Shown one piece after another: positions 27,977 to 37,200 of a DNA stretch of 39,820 bases. The notes beneath the pieces are model-generated. The model was not told where the DNA came from. It saw only the letters and a program-made list of their open reading frames with translations, and did not search any database. The position numbers were made by a program, and so were the translations under genes. Origin of the DNA: Vampirovibrionales bacterium (GTDB lineage Bacteria > Cyanobacteriota > Vampirovibrionia > Vampirovibrionales > JAJTHC01); assembly GCA_035285385.1 (NCBI GenBank), contig JAYKJM010000001.1:1-39820 (forward strand), written 5' to 3'. Numbering within the stretch: the first letter of the stretch is position 1; the number at the start of each line of letters is the position of its first letter.

Positions 27977-28876
27977 CTAAAATAAAAGATCCTCACACGC
28001 TTTAAGCAAACTTAGCACATCGGCCATGGCGCTGACATGATGCACACGGAGCTGCATTGGGCAATTTATGCCGATGGCGGCTTGAATCAGGGGCACAAGG
28101 CTGGCTGCTGTCAAATAATCGCGTTGTGATGGGGGCAATGCATTTGCAGCCTCTTGGTAGGGACGCTGGGTGAGAAATGATTTTCGTGAGCTTCCCATCA
28201 CCACCCCCTGGCAGCCCAGTGCTTGCGCTAATGTCATAATCGGCGAGGCATCGGCAAGCATTCTCATGTTTTGCTGAACAGATTTTCCAAATCCAAACCC
28301 TGGATCAAGCCAAAGTTGCCTGGCCAAGACGCCCGCATCCATCGCCTTGCTGAATTGTTGCTTTAAATGCCCCAGCACAATAGGCCACGGGTTTTGAGGC
28401 TCATCCGCGACGACCGTTGAGTGCATTAAAACCAGCGTTGCGCCAGACTTGGCCGCCAGGGCAAACATCTGTGGATCATCCTGGCCGGCAGAGATGTCAT
28501 TGATGATTGAAGCCCCTGCTCTAAGCGCGGCCTGAGCCACCGCAGCGCGACGGGTATCAATACTAATATTAGTCTCTGGAAAAGCCACCGTTAAAGCCTC
28601 AATGGCTGGCAGAATACGAGCAAGCTCTTGCGACTCTGAGACAAAAGCAGCACCCGGGCGGCTCGATTCTCCGCCCACATCCAGCCAGAACAGGGGTAAT
28701 TGATGCTGATTGGCAACGCAAATAGCGCCTTGCGCCGCCTGTAACAGATCGTCTTTAGAAGCCAATAAGCCGCCATCCGAAAAGGAATCTGGAGTCACGT
28801 TAAGAACCGCCATAAGGCCTATAGGCGGTATTGGCCGCTTGCAATCGGTAGTATCGAGAGCCATCATGGTCAGCAA
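27977..28876 (-). CDS. folP: Dihydropteroate synthase
   Basis: MAVLNVTPDSFSDGG, WLDVGGESSRPGA, ISIDT, INDISAG and DPGFGFGK are canonical DHPS motifs. Several alternative N-terminal Met codons exist. Confidence 0.92.
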   Translation of the reverse strand: MLTMMALDTTDCKRPIPPIGLMAVLNVTPDSFSDGGLLASKDDLLQAAQGAICVANQHQLPLFWLDVGGESSRPGAAFVSESQELARILPAIEALTVAFPETNISIDTRRAAVAQAALRAGASIINDISAGQDDPQMFALAAKSGATLVLMHSTVVADEPQNPWPIVLGHLKQQFSKAMDAGVLARQLWLDPGFGFGKSVQQNMRMLADASPIMTLAQALGCQGVVMGSSRKSFLTQRPYQEAANALPPSQRDYLTAASLVPLIQAAIGINCPMQLRVHHVSAMADVLSLLKACEDLLF

Positions 28877-28903
28877 GTTTAGCAGAAGGCTTCCCTTTCG
28901 AGT

Positions 28904-31036
28904 ATGCTAGTGCACACCATGATAACGATGTTCTTTAAGTTCCTTGTGGGCGCCCTGGCCGTTTTGGGTGTCGTGTTTGTGTTCAATCGCTCTAGCATTG
29001 AACACGCCATTGCCGATCCCTTTACGTTGCCTTCAATGGAAGCCCTGGTCTCTGAAAGTGCACTGAATGCACCGCCCACCTCAAGCAGTCGCATCTTGGC
29101 ATCGGATGGCACGGTGATTCTGGCCAATGGACAGCTTCGCCATACGGCTGTGAAACTCAATGAGGTCTCTCCCGAGTTTATCAACGCGCTGGTTGCTACT
29201 GAAGATCGCCGTTTTTATCAGCATCACGGGGTGGACCCACTGGGTGTAGGGCGAGCCATTTTTGTGAACCTGACATCGGGTAACCTAAAAGAGGGTGCCA
29301 GTACCCTGACCCAACAGCTTGTGCGGATGTATCTTCTATCTAACGAGCGCACCTTAACCCGAAAACTCAAGGAAATGATTCTGGCTTGGCGCGTCGAAGA
29401 CAAGCTGAGTAAAGAGCAAATACTCGAGCGCTATATTAACAGTGTGTATTTTGGCCACGGCGCTTACGGCATTTATGCGGCCAGTATGCTGTATTTCAGC
29501 AAGGCGCCCAGCCAGTTGACGCAGTCAGAATCGGCACTGTTGGCGGGGCTACCACAAGCGCCATCTAATTATGACCCCATTATCAATCCAGAGCTGGCCA
29601 AATCACGGCGCAATGAGGTTATTCACAATATGGTCGAGGCGGGCTACCTGAAGCCCGAGCAAGCCCAATGGTATCAGCAACAGCGGCTTAACTTAAGGGC
29701 GCAATCGGCATTGGCAGCCGCCGGAAATCTTGCCCCTTATTTTAATCAGTATGTCTTGAAGTGGGTACAACAGAAATTTGCAATGACAGAAGGGGAATTC
29801 TGGTCCCAAGGATTACAGGTTCATACCACGCTTGATTTACGTGCGCAGCGCTTGGCAGAAGCGGCATTGGTTAATGGCTCTGCGGCGGTGGGTCGCACTG
29901 GCAATAACAAGCAGGGTGCCATGGTCGTCCTTGATCCAAAAACCGGCGCCGTGTTGGCTTATGTTGGCGGCTTGGGGTTTGAAAATAGCCAGTTTGATCG
30001 GGTGACCTTGGCCAAGCGTCCGCCGGGTTCCTTGTTTAAAGTGTTTACCTACACCGCTGCCATCGACTCTGGAATTGCCCCGGGCACGTTGTTTGTGGAT
30101 GAGCCGCTCACATTTGATAACTGGCGACCCAAAAACTATGATGGTCAACACCACGGCCAAATGAGCCTAGTGACCGCGTTAGCCCAATCCAATAACATTG
30201 TTGCTGTCAAACTGATTCAACAGCTGGGACCAGATAAGGTTGCAAGCTTAGCCAATCGCATGGGTGTCGAGTCCAGTTTGCCGCGAAATTTAGCCTTAAC
30301 CCTGGGTGGTGTGGATGTCACTTTACTGGAAATGACCAGTGCGGTGGCAACGCTGGCCAATCAGGGGATACACGCCCACACGTTTGCCATCTCTGGCATT
30401 ACCGATGCCCAGGGTCAAAGCCTTTACGAGGCACAACCCAGACAAGACGGGGTCTTATCTAGCAAAACAGCCCAAACCATGACCCAAATGCTCGTTGAAG
30501 TGATAACCCATGGCACAGGCAAAGCGGCACAAATCAATCGCCCGGTGGCAGGCAAAACCGGCACCAGTGATGATCATCGCGATGCCTGGTTTGTGGGGTA
30601 TACACCCTCGGTTGTGGCAGGCGTCTGGATGGGCAATGATGACAATACACCGATGCCCAAAGGCACTTCTGGCGGTGGGGTCCCCGCTCGGATTTTTGCC
30701 CGTTTTATGAGCAGTTATTTAGCCAAACGTGACGTGGAGTCATTTGATTTAACGCAAGCCGACCCCTTAGACGCCACAACTCAAGAGACGCCCACAACAG
30801 CAGAAGAGCATTCAGAAGCGGTGGAAGAGGCAACGGTGCCCTCCTCAGAGCAGCCTCCGATGGATAACTCAGCGCCTGAGACTAGGCTTGAAAACGCTGC
30901 AGAGCCCTCTGCATACAACACAGAAACAGACACGCCGACAGTGCCGTCTGCGGCGCCGGTGCCATTATCCGCGCCCTTGCCTGCCTCGCCAACGGCTGTA
31001 AAATCTCGCGAATCTCTTCAAAGTGCAGCAAACTAA
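28904..31036 (+). CDS. Class A penicillin-binding protein (GT51/transpeptidase), copy 2
   Basis: N-terminal TM anchor FKFLVGALAVLGVVFVF. Motifs are EDRRFYQHHGVD, GASTLTQQLVR, SLFKV (SxxK), SNN (SxN) and KTGTSDD. The C-terminal tail is acidic and Pro/Thr-rich. Confidence 0.92.
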   Translation: MLVHTMITMFFKFLVGALAVLGVVFVFNRSSIEHAIADPFTLPSMEALVSESALNAPPTSSSRILASDGTVILANGQLRHTAVKLNEVSPEFINALVATEDRRFYQHHGVDPLGVGRAIFVNLTSGNLKEGASTLTQQLVRMYLLSNERTLTRKLKEMILAWRVEDKLSKEQILERYINSVYFGHGAYGIYAASMLYFSKAPSQLTQSESALLAGLPQAPSNYDPIINPELAKSRRNEVIHNMVEAGYLKPEQAQWYQQQRLNLRAQSALAAAGNLAPYFNQYVLKWVQQKFAMTEGEFWSQGLQVHTTLDLRAQRLAEAALVNGSAAVGRTGNNKQGAMVVLDPKTGAVLAYVGGLGFENSQFDRVTLAKRPPGSLFKVFTYTAAIDSGIAPGTLFVDEPLTFDNWRPKNYDGQHHGQMSLVTALAQSNNIVAVKLIQQLGPDKVASLANRMGVESSLPRNLALTLGGVDVTLLEMTSAVATLANQGIHAHTFAISGITDAQGQSLYEAQPRQDGVLSSKTAQTMTQMLVEVITHGTGKAAQINRPVAGKTGTSDDHRDAWFVGYTPSVVAGVWMGNDDNTPMPKGTSGGGVPARIFARFMSSYLAKRDVESFDLTQADPLDATTQETPTTAEEHSEAVEEATVPSSEQPPMDNSAPETRLENAAEPSAYNTETDTPTVPSAAPVPLSAPLPASPTAVKSRESLQSAAN

Positions 31037-31039
31037 TGC

Positions 31040-34000
31040 TTATGCGGCAAGGTTCACCGTCCCCGGATAGGCTTTTAGTCCAGATTGCAATAGATTTGGT
31101 GTATTGACTTCAAACAGATGAAAAGTGCCCGGCCCAAGGCTCACGGAAACGGCATTATCCTGCGCAGATATCGTGCTGGGTTGACCATAAACAGGGCTTA
31201 AACGCACCATGGCAGAGCCACTTGTCAGCCCCGGCAGCTGAATTGATGCCTCATGACGAGCGTTGAGATCCTTATTGGCCAGGATAACCACCGTACGGCC
31301 GTTTAGATGGCGAGCAAAGGCAATTACCTGATTTAAGCCATCCTCACCAGCAGGACGATTGACTTTTAACGGGATAAACCACCCTTGTGTCAAAAGATCC
31401 CCAATTTCAGGGCGATTCGCTTGTGAAGAGGCAACATTTGGGAGAGCAACACCGCTAGAGGGCTGCACCGTGGCTGAGGGCTGAACGTGTTGGGCTCGGA
31501 GGGTGAGCATATGGCGCATAAAATGAGCAATTTCAGGATGATGACCACCGGGCTGGCGACTGAAATTAAAAATATCCAAATCGTTTGGATCGCCAGACTG
31601 CCAGCCATCCACCATGTAGACATTGCTCCAGGGTTGCGTGGCCATCAAGCCGGCTTGCAGCATCATCAGGGTTGGGCCGCCCACATTCAATGAACTGTGA
31701 TCATCGTGGGTGTAGAACGATGTAATGAAAGATTTTCCAGCACCCGCAGGCTTTAGCTCTTTTTCATAAGCATCAATCAGGTAGTGCATGTAGCTATCGG
31801 CGGAAGGCAGGTTATGAAAAATATGGAATTGCCCGTACTCACTATCAAAGCCCGATTTCAGTAACTCTTGCGGTCGATCGGCTGGCAGGTTTGCAATGGC
31901 CGATGTTTCTTCGGTGTAGGTTTCAGCCAGCCAGGCTTTATCAGGATATCGTTGAATGGCTTGCTGCCAGAAGCCATCCGTTCGGGCTCTTGCAACATCT
32001 GCGCGAAATCCGTCAACACCAAGCTGATTGACCATTAAATCCAGAAAGCCGTCAAAATACCGACGCACATCCGGGCTATCTGGCTTTATCATCATAATGT
32101 CTTGCCACGTGGTTGGAATTTTAAAATGCCCTTTTTTGTCCAGCAGCATTAATTCGGGCTTGGCAATGGCTAAATCCAACGCGGCACAACTCGGAATATC
32201 AGCCATAACAGCGATACCGCGTTTGTGACACTCATTGATAAATAGCTTTGCCGCCGCCATGGCATCAACCCCAGGAGGCGCCAGCTGTGGATTCAATCGA
32301 TGCATGTTCTCAATGGCATAGACGCTGCCTGCATTGCCAAATTTGAACATATCGCCAGCATCCACAATAGGAAGCATATGGATGGTATTGACACCCAGAG
32401 TTTTGAGTTCATCCAATCGTTTGATGGCACTTAGGAAGGTGCCCGTCTCGCCCATACTCCAAATGTATTTGCCATCATTGTTTTTATCCTGGGTGGCAAA
32501 AGTTCGAATATTCAAGGCGTAAATCACACCTCGATTTCGCTGCATGGCCTGCTTAAGCGGGTTCGCTCTTGATGCGACCAGAGGAGATGCAGCCATATTG
32601 GACGGCATTAAGGCAGGGGTGGCCAAGGCAGAAACCGCTTGCACCATAGACGGCGTTGCTGTAACAGGTGTTGCGCCAGGTATCGTGCTTGGCATTGTTG
32701 CAAGCGATGTTGCTGGCGAGAACCTCACAGGCTGAGCCGTCACGGCAGCGCCAAAGCGGGCATTGTTGGCGACAAGCGGTGTGGCATAAAGCGTCTGCAT
32801 GGCAACCGCGGCAGGCATCTGACTGAGAATGCCCATATCCAGAGCTCCGTTAACTCTTGCAAATTCCATGGCGTTTTTAAGTTTGGGATCCCGCGTAAGG
32901 TTGCGAACATCATGAGGGGTCATTGGAGACAAATTAGGGGTCACCGGTGCTGCAGATTTTGTAAGCGCCAGGGCAGAAAATAACGCCCATAAGGCTGTAA
33001 CCCCACCGCCTAATAGCCCAAGGTATCGAGTTCGCCAAAGTTTGGTTCGAAGCGCAGCTTCGCTCAGTTGCGTAAGCTGCTTTGCAGGTAAAACCCCAAA
33101 GCGGGTAAAAGCCTCCTGAAAATTCCGATTTTCAACCGCTTTAAGAAGCGTCGCATACGCGTCTGGGCAGTTGCCCAGGGTTTCCATGGCCGCTTTTGCC
33201 GCCCCCGATTTAACCAGTTTTTGGAACTCGGCCAGCGATGACTGTTCGAGACGGGCTTGAATGCGCGCCGCAGAAAATTTGGAGCCCGAGTGCAACATGT
33301 CGTCAATCAGGAGGCTATAGCGCCTTAAGGAATTCATCGCTCCGGAGACAGCAAACTCTGCCTGCTGAAGCATTCTCGTGGTGGTGGCAGGCTGAGTCGA
33401 GTCACCAGAGGCGACAAGACCACGTTTAACCGTCTTAGTAAGCTCCTTCTGTAAGGCGGCTAATTGATTCAACCGACCGCGCAACCCTTCTTGAGGGTTA
33501 CTGCCGAGCGCTTGACGAAGGCGCAGAAGTTGATCCTTTTCCAGCTGATGGAGATGTTGACTTAAATGCTCAAGCGCAAACTGGGGGTCTTGCTGCATTT
33601 TTTTCTGCAGGGTGGCATCCGCAAGATTCAGGCCACGGGTGAGGGTTTTGGATAAATCCTCCCACCAGTGCGTCAGATCGGTTTTAGCGCCATCCTTGCC
33701 GTTTCCAAAAACGAGCGCGAATTTTTTTGCAGCAGAAGGTACTAATCCCTTATGAAGGCCATGAAGAGCCCGTTCAATAGGATTTTGTGTCACGTGTGCC
33801 ATGGCACTGGCCAGCACTGGGGTCATTGGGCCTGCAGCCAGCAGCCAGGCGGTCTCGGCCTGGGTGGCAATTTTTTGCATGGTGTCTTCAACATTATCAG
33901 GGCTGTCACCAAGGCGCGCTGAAATGCGGCGCTTGAGAGCCTCGGGCAACAGATGATGCGGGATGTGGTCAGACTCTTCAAAGACGCGTTTTTGGTCTTT

Positions 34001-34339
34001 TTCCATGGTGTGATAGTTGAGCCCCATCGGCACAGCGGCTCGAATGTTTGTAAAAATATCTCGAAGTTTCGGGGTGCTGGCCATGGCCGCATACCAGCTG
34101 GCAAAACCAATCAGCTCGCGCATCGCAAACGGCCTGCCCAGCGCATTGCCTGAAATCAGCCCCGCAATCATTAAGCTGCTGGCGCGCTTTAGGGTGTCAC
34201 TCAGTTGCGCCATTTGTGGATCGTGCATGGGGGTGCCCTTTGCCGCATCAACGATGGTTTGGGCGCTTTGAATATAGGGTTTCGGCCCTTGCCAAAGCTG
34301 TTGATAAATCGGCACGGAGGTGGCCAAATGCGTCTGCAT
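31040..34339 (-). CDS. Single-pass membrane protein: unknown ~435-aa N-domain, TM, Ala/Pro/Thr-rich linker, divergent GH13-type (alpha/beta)8 domain
   Basis: The TM segment is YLGLLGGGVTALWALFSALALT (nt ~32960-33025). The GH13 blocks are LGVNTIHMLPIVD, HKRGIAVMADIPSC (region I, NH lost), GVDGFRADVA (region II; Asp codon at 31997-31999), AWLAETYT (region III) and FYTHDDH (region IV). Its start overlaps the upstream gene's stop (TAATG at 34337-34341). Confidence 0.75.
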   Translation of the reverse strand: MQTHLATSVPIYQQLWQGPKPYIQSAQTIVDAAKGTPMHDPQMAQLSDTLKRASSLMIAGLISGNALGRPFAMRELIGFASWYAAMASTPKLRDIFTNIRAAVPMGLNYHTMEKDQKRVFEESDHIPHHLLPEALKRRISARLGDSPDNVEDTMQKIATQAETAWLLAAGPMTPVLASAMAHVTQNPIERALHGLHKGLVPSAAKKFALVFGNGKDGAKTDLTHWWEDLSKTLTRGLNLADATLQKKMQQDPQFALEHLSQHLHQLEKDQLLRLRQALGSNPQEGLRGRLNQLAALQKELTKTVKRGLVASGDSTQPATTTRMLQQAEFAVSGAMNSLRRYSLLIDDMLHSGSKFSAARIQARLEQSSLAEFQKLVKSGAAKAAMETLGNCPDAYATLLKAVENRNFQEAFTRFGVLPAKQLTQLSEAALRTKLWRTRYLGLLGGGVTALWALFSALALTKSAAPVTPNLSPMTPHDVRNLTRDPKLKNAMEFARVNGALDMGILSQMPAAVAMQTLYATPLVANNARFGAAVTAQPVRFSPATSLATMPSTIPGATPVTATPSMVQAVSALATPALMPSNMAASPLVASRANPLKQAMQRNRGVIYALNIRTFATQDKNNDGKYIWSMGETGTFLSAIKRLDELKTLGVNTIHMLPIVDAGDMFKFGNAGSVYAIENMHRLNPQLAPPGVDAMAAAKLFINECHKRGIAVMADIPSCAALDLAIAKPELMLLDKKGHFKIPTTWQDIMMIKPDSPDVRRYFDGFLDLMVNQLGVDGFRADVARARTDGFWQQAIQRYPDKAWLAETYTEETSAIANLPADRPQELLKSGFDSEYGQFHIFHNLPSADSYMHYLIDAYEKELKPAGAGKSFITSFYTHDDHSSLNVGGPTLMMLQAGLMATQPWSNVYMVDGWQSGDPNDLDIFNFSRQPGGHHPEIAHFMRHMLTLRAQHVQPSATVQPSSGVALPNVASSQANRPEIGDLLTQGWFIPLKVNRPAGEDGLNQVIAFARHLNGRTVVILANKDLNARHEASIQLPGLTSGSAMVRLSPVYGQPSTISAQDNAVSVSLGPGTFHLFEVNTPNLLQSGLKAYPGTVNLAA

Positions 34340-35490
34340 TAACGGGCGCCTCCAGCAGGTTCATAATGCTTGCCAATATGGGCATTTTCCATAGCAAACA
34401 GCGTATAGAGCAGTGAGGCCATAACCGTCACAAGTGCCACATTAGCCGGCCACCTTGGGGCTTTGAGTGCACCAACCGGGGGCTGCCAGTAGCGCTTCAA
34501 GATAACCCCAACATTGCGTAGTTTTTCAGGCCATGATGCGGGCATTTTCGCGGATTCTAACGTGTCTTGCAAAAAAGTTCTGGGAGATTGAAAGAGTGTG
34601 CCCCCCAGATGTGCCAGATAACCAGCGCCCACCGCCGCCAGGACATTTCCCAGAAGGATTTTACTCACTCGAGCGGCCGGTACAATGCCATCCAGCTGTC
34701 GTCTAACTTCCCAGTCGGGGGCGGCAATGGTCTCTGGAATGTTCATTTTGCGGCGCATCGTTTGAAGATCTGCCTTGGAGAGCAAATCATCACGATCAAA
34801 CATGACGCTGTCAAACACGCCCGCAATTTGCCCCTTGTTATTGTGATATTTCATTGTCAAATCTACCCCGTAGCGAAGCTTATACAGGGTATTCACCACC
34901 GCGTTGGCCACAGGAAATCCAATAAAATAGCCCAAACACGCTAAGGCTGGCTTAAGTGCATTTTTAGCCGCCATGGAGCCTCCTGGCGCCAAATACGAAG
35001 CCACAAGCGCAGCACCACCTAAATAATAAGGGATTTGAGCCACCCGCATTTTGTCAGAAAATTCAAACCGGGGATCCCCACTCAAGCCTTTCCAAACCGA
35101 TTTGGGGGTTTCAATTACGAGATTTTGAAACGAGAGAGCGGCTTTCTGAAACGCATTGAGCGACACAATATATTCTGAGATTCGTGTTCGAACGCCGGTT
35201 TTATACTGTGTGGCAGGATCCATTAAAGAGATACCCGTTCCCACAGAGTCTGCCTTAGGGAGTGTCGCCTCTGACACCAGAGGCTGCGGACGCTTTGGCA
35301 TTAGCGGATTCAATACATTTGAAAAGGCGTAAGCATTTTGAATGGTTTGTGGCAATTGCCCCCCACCATCAGAGAGCGCCTGGGCATATAATCCCATCCG
35401 TTGGGGGGTCAAGTCCAACGAGGGCATGCGTCCCAAGCCCGGGTAATTCCCGGCAACCGACAATGGAAACGCAATGGGTGTCATCGACAT
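34339..35490 (-). CDS. Polytopic (about 4 TM) membrane protein of unknown function, translationally coupled to the GH13 membrane protein
   Basis: 383 aa. The hydrophobic spans are IPYYLGGAALVASYLAPGG, ALACLGYFIGFPVANAVVNTL, ILLGNVLAAVGAGYLAHLGG and ANVALVTVMASLLYTLFAM. Its stop codon shares one base with the downstream ATG. Confidence 0.6.
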   Translation of the reverse strand: MSMTPIAFPLSVAGNYPGLGRMPSLDLTPQRMGLYAQALSDGGGQLPQTIQNAYAFSNVLNPLMPKRPQPLVSEATLPKADSVGTGISLMDPATQYKTGVRTRISEYIVSLNAFQKAALSFQNLVIETPKSVWKGLSGDPRFEFSDKMRVAQIPYYLGGAALVASYLAPGGSMAAKNALKPALACLGYFIGFPVANAVVNTLYKLRYGVDLTMKYHNNKGQIAGVFDSVMFDRDDLLSKADLQTMRRKMNIPETIAAPDWEVRRQLDGIVPAARVSKILLGNVLAAVGAGYLAHLGGTLFQSPRTFLQDTLESAKMPASWPEKLRNVGVILKRYWQPPVGALKAPRWPANVALVTVMASLLYTLFAMENAHIGKHYEPAGGAR

Positions 35491-35685
35491 AACGGAAATG
35501 AATCCAGTTTGCCTATACAGAAAAAAATTATGCCATTACGCAAGGTCTGCGCAATGAAATGATTTTTGAACCTTTGTTTGAAAATATGTTAAACCTTAGA
35601 GCGATTGATGGTGCGTGTTGTTCCAGATTGATGGCAAAGGCCTCATCCTCTGGTATTTCATTAAACCGCCTCAAGAAATTTTGTG

Positions 35686-35717
35686 TACAGATTCAGCTGA
35701 ATTTTCCAGAATCTGTA
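35686..35717. promoter_or_regulatory. Perfect 9-bp inverted repeat enclosing a 10-bp palindrome (candidate operator or RNA hairpin)
   Basis: TACAGATTC (35686-35694) and GAATCTGTA (35709-35717). The palindrome TTCAGCTGAA lies at 35692-35701. The site is ~200 bp upstream of the 34339-35490 gene and ~90 bp downstream of the SBP gene. Confidence 0.3.
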
Positions 35718-35805
35718 ACGCGATGTGAATACCATGAAACAATCCTGTCAGCTTAGACGTCTTTATTCCCAAGAGCTGCTTTGGGCGCGCTGTTTTTAGA
35801 CGGCA

Positions 35806-37140
35806 TCAATCACAAAAGGAGGCGTTAACAGCATGTTCAGCCTGTTTAAGCGCTTCATCAATACTCACCTGATTCAACAGCGCCGATTGCACGGCAAAAT
35901 CCACAGCCGCGTTTATCTGCGCGTCGTTAATCAATAACGGATTCGTCACCTTGGCATTCAAAAGTTGCCATGCGGCAAGCGCTCTGGCACGAGATTCCAA
36001 TGACATCGGCAGTGAATGGGTTTTGACAGTGGATAACCCAAAAAAAGCAGGATCGTCAAGGTAGGCATCTAGAATTGAGGGCAATACAGCAACAGATCTT
36101 GCCAAAGCAAGCTGAAAGGAGGATTGCGTTAAATGCTTGGCCAGTGCCACGGCCAACCGTCGATGCCTACTTTTGACAGGAACCACCAGCACCATCGGTG
36201 AAACATCCAGATAGCCATTCTGTTTGAAACCCTCTTGCGGGAATGCGGGTGCAATGTTAGTGCTGGCGTATACCTCAGGAGCATTGTCACGCACGGAGCT
36301 CAGAAAATTTCCACCAATAGACAACAGAGCCAAGCGAGCGGCCAGATACTGTTCAACGGAGGCACGGTGTCCCTCGGTTAACGCTTCCGCAGGAATTAAT
36401 CGGCGGGCAAAAAGTAACTTGAAAAATTGAAGTCGCTGGGCAACTCTGGCATCGTCAGACCACTGAAGGCATCCGTTTGATGTTGATATAGGCTCAATAC
36501 CTTCACGCCGCAAGAGTTTCAGAAACGAACCCCCTTCTGAGAGGGTTGGCATCATGACCTTAGCGCTATGTTTTTGCTCAAGCCAGCTTGCCAGAGTAGA
36601 AACCTGAGACCAAGACTCAGGAATTACGGTTTGATTTTGTTTTTTAGGCAGTAAAGCTTGATTAGCCAGCGTAATGGTAGTGGTTACATACCACGGGATG
36701 CCCACCGAGACTGTACGAACTGGGCTTTGCTGCATTTGCGTCGCCTGCCACACAACCGGAACATAGGCGGCCTGCTCTGAAGGCGTCAGGGCAGTATTCA
36801 TATTGATCAACGCAGAACGCTGAGCCAGAATGGCTGCAAATCCAGGGTTTAGATTAATAACATCAGGAACCGAGGGGCTCAGGATAGCCGCAATTGCGCG
36901 TTTTTTTCCTTCCGTAAAAGGCAAATCTTCCCACTGCACGTGAACGCCAGGGTGCGTTTTCTCAAACTCGCGAATACTCTGGCGTATCAAAGGCGAAAAC
37001 GCCCCCATTTGAAGCGTCCAGAGACGAAGGGTTACATCCCGTAGAGAGGAGGATGAAGGTTTTGAAGCATCACGCTGGCACCCAGTGATGAGAAACACAC
37101 AAGCGGCCAAAGCGATAACAATAGCAGGCATCCACCTCAT
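35806..37140 (-). CDS. ABC-transporter extracellular solute-binding lipoprotein (family 1, sugar/oligosaccharide type), with no permease or ATPase partner in the window
   Basis: The lipobox is ALAACVFLITGC. It continues LRLWTLQMG...IREFEKTHPGVHVQWEDLPF...SPSVPDVINLNPGFAAILAQRSALINMN, which is typical of SBP_bac_1-type sugar binders. Confidence 0.8.
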   Translation of the reverse strand: MRWMPAIVIALAACVFLITGCQRDASKPSSSSLRDVTLRLWTLQMGAFSPLIRQSIREFEKTHPGVHVQWEDLPFTEGKKRAIAAILSPSVPDVINLNPGFAAILAQRSALINMNTALTPSEQAAYVPVVWQATQMQQSPVRTVSVGIPWYVTTTITLANQALLPKKQNQTVIPESWSQVSTLASWLEQKHSAKVMMPTLSEGGSFLKLLRREGIEPISTSNGCLQWSDDARVAQRLQFFKLLFARRLIPAEALTEGHRASVEQYLAARLALLSIGGNFLSSVRDNAPEVYASTNIAPAFPQEGFKQNGYLDVSPMVLVVPVKSRHRRLAVALAKHLTQSSFQLALARSVAVLPSILDAYLDDPAFFGLSTVKTHSLPMSLESRARALAAWQLLNAKVTNPLLINDAQINAAVDFAVQSALLNQVSIDEALKQAEHAVNASFCD

Positions 37141-37200
37141 CTGGGATCACTCCTTAGGGGTGGGGAGACTGTATCTGGTTTTTGAGGCCAAACAGTTGCT

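Noticed and set aside
35559-35756. 65-aa + strand ORF in the SBP/4-TM intergenic spacer
   Set aside because: It has no SD and no motif, and it spans the palindromic element. It is probably non-coding, though I cannot fully exclude a small gene.
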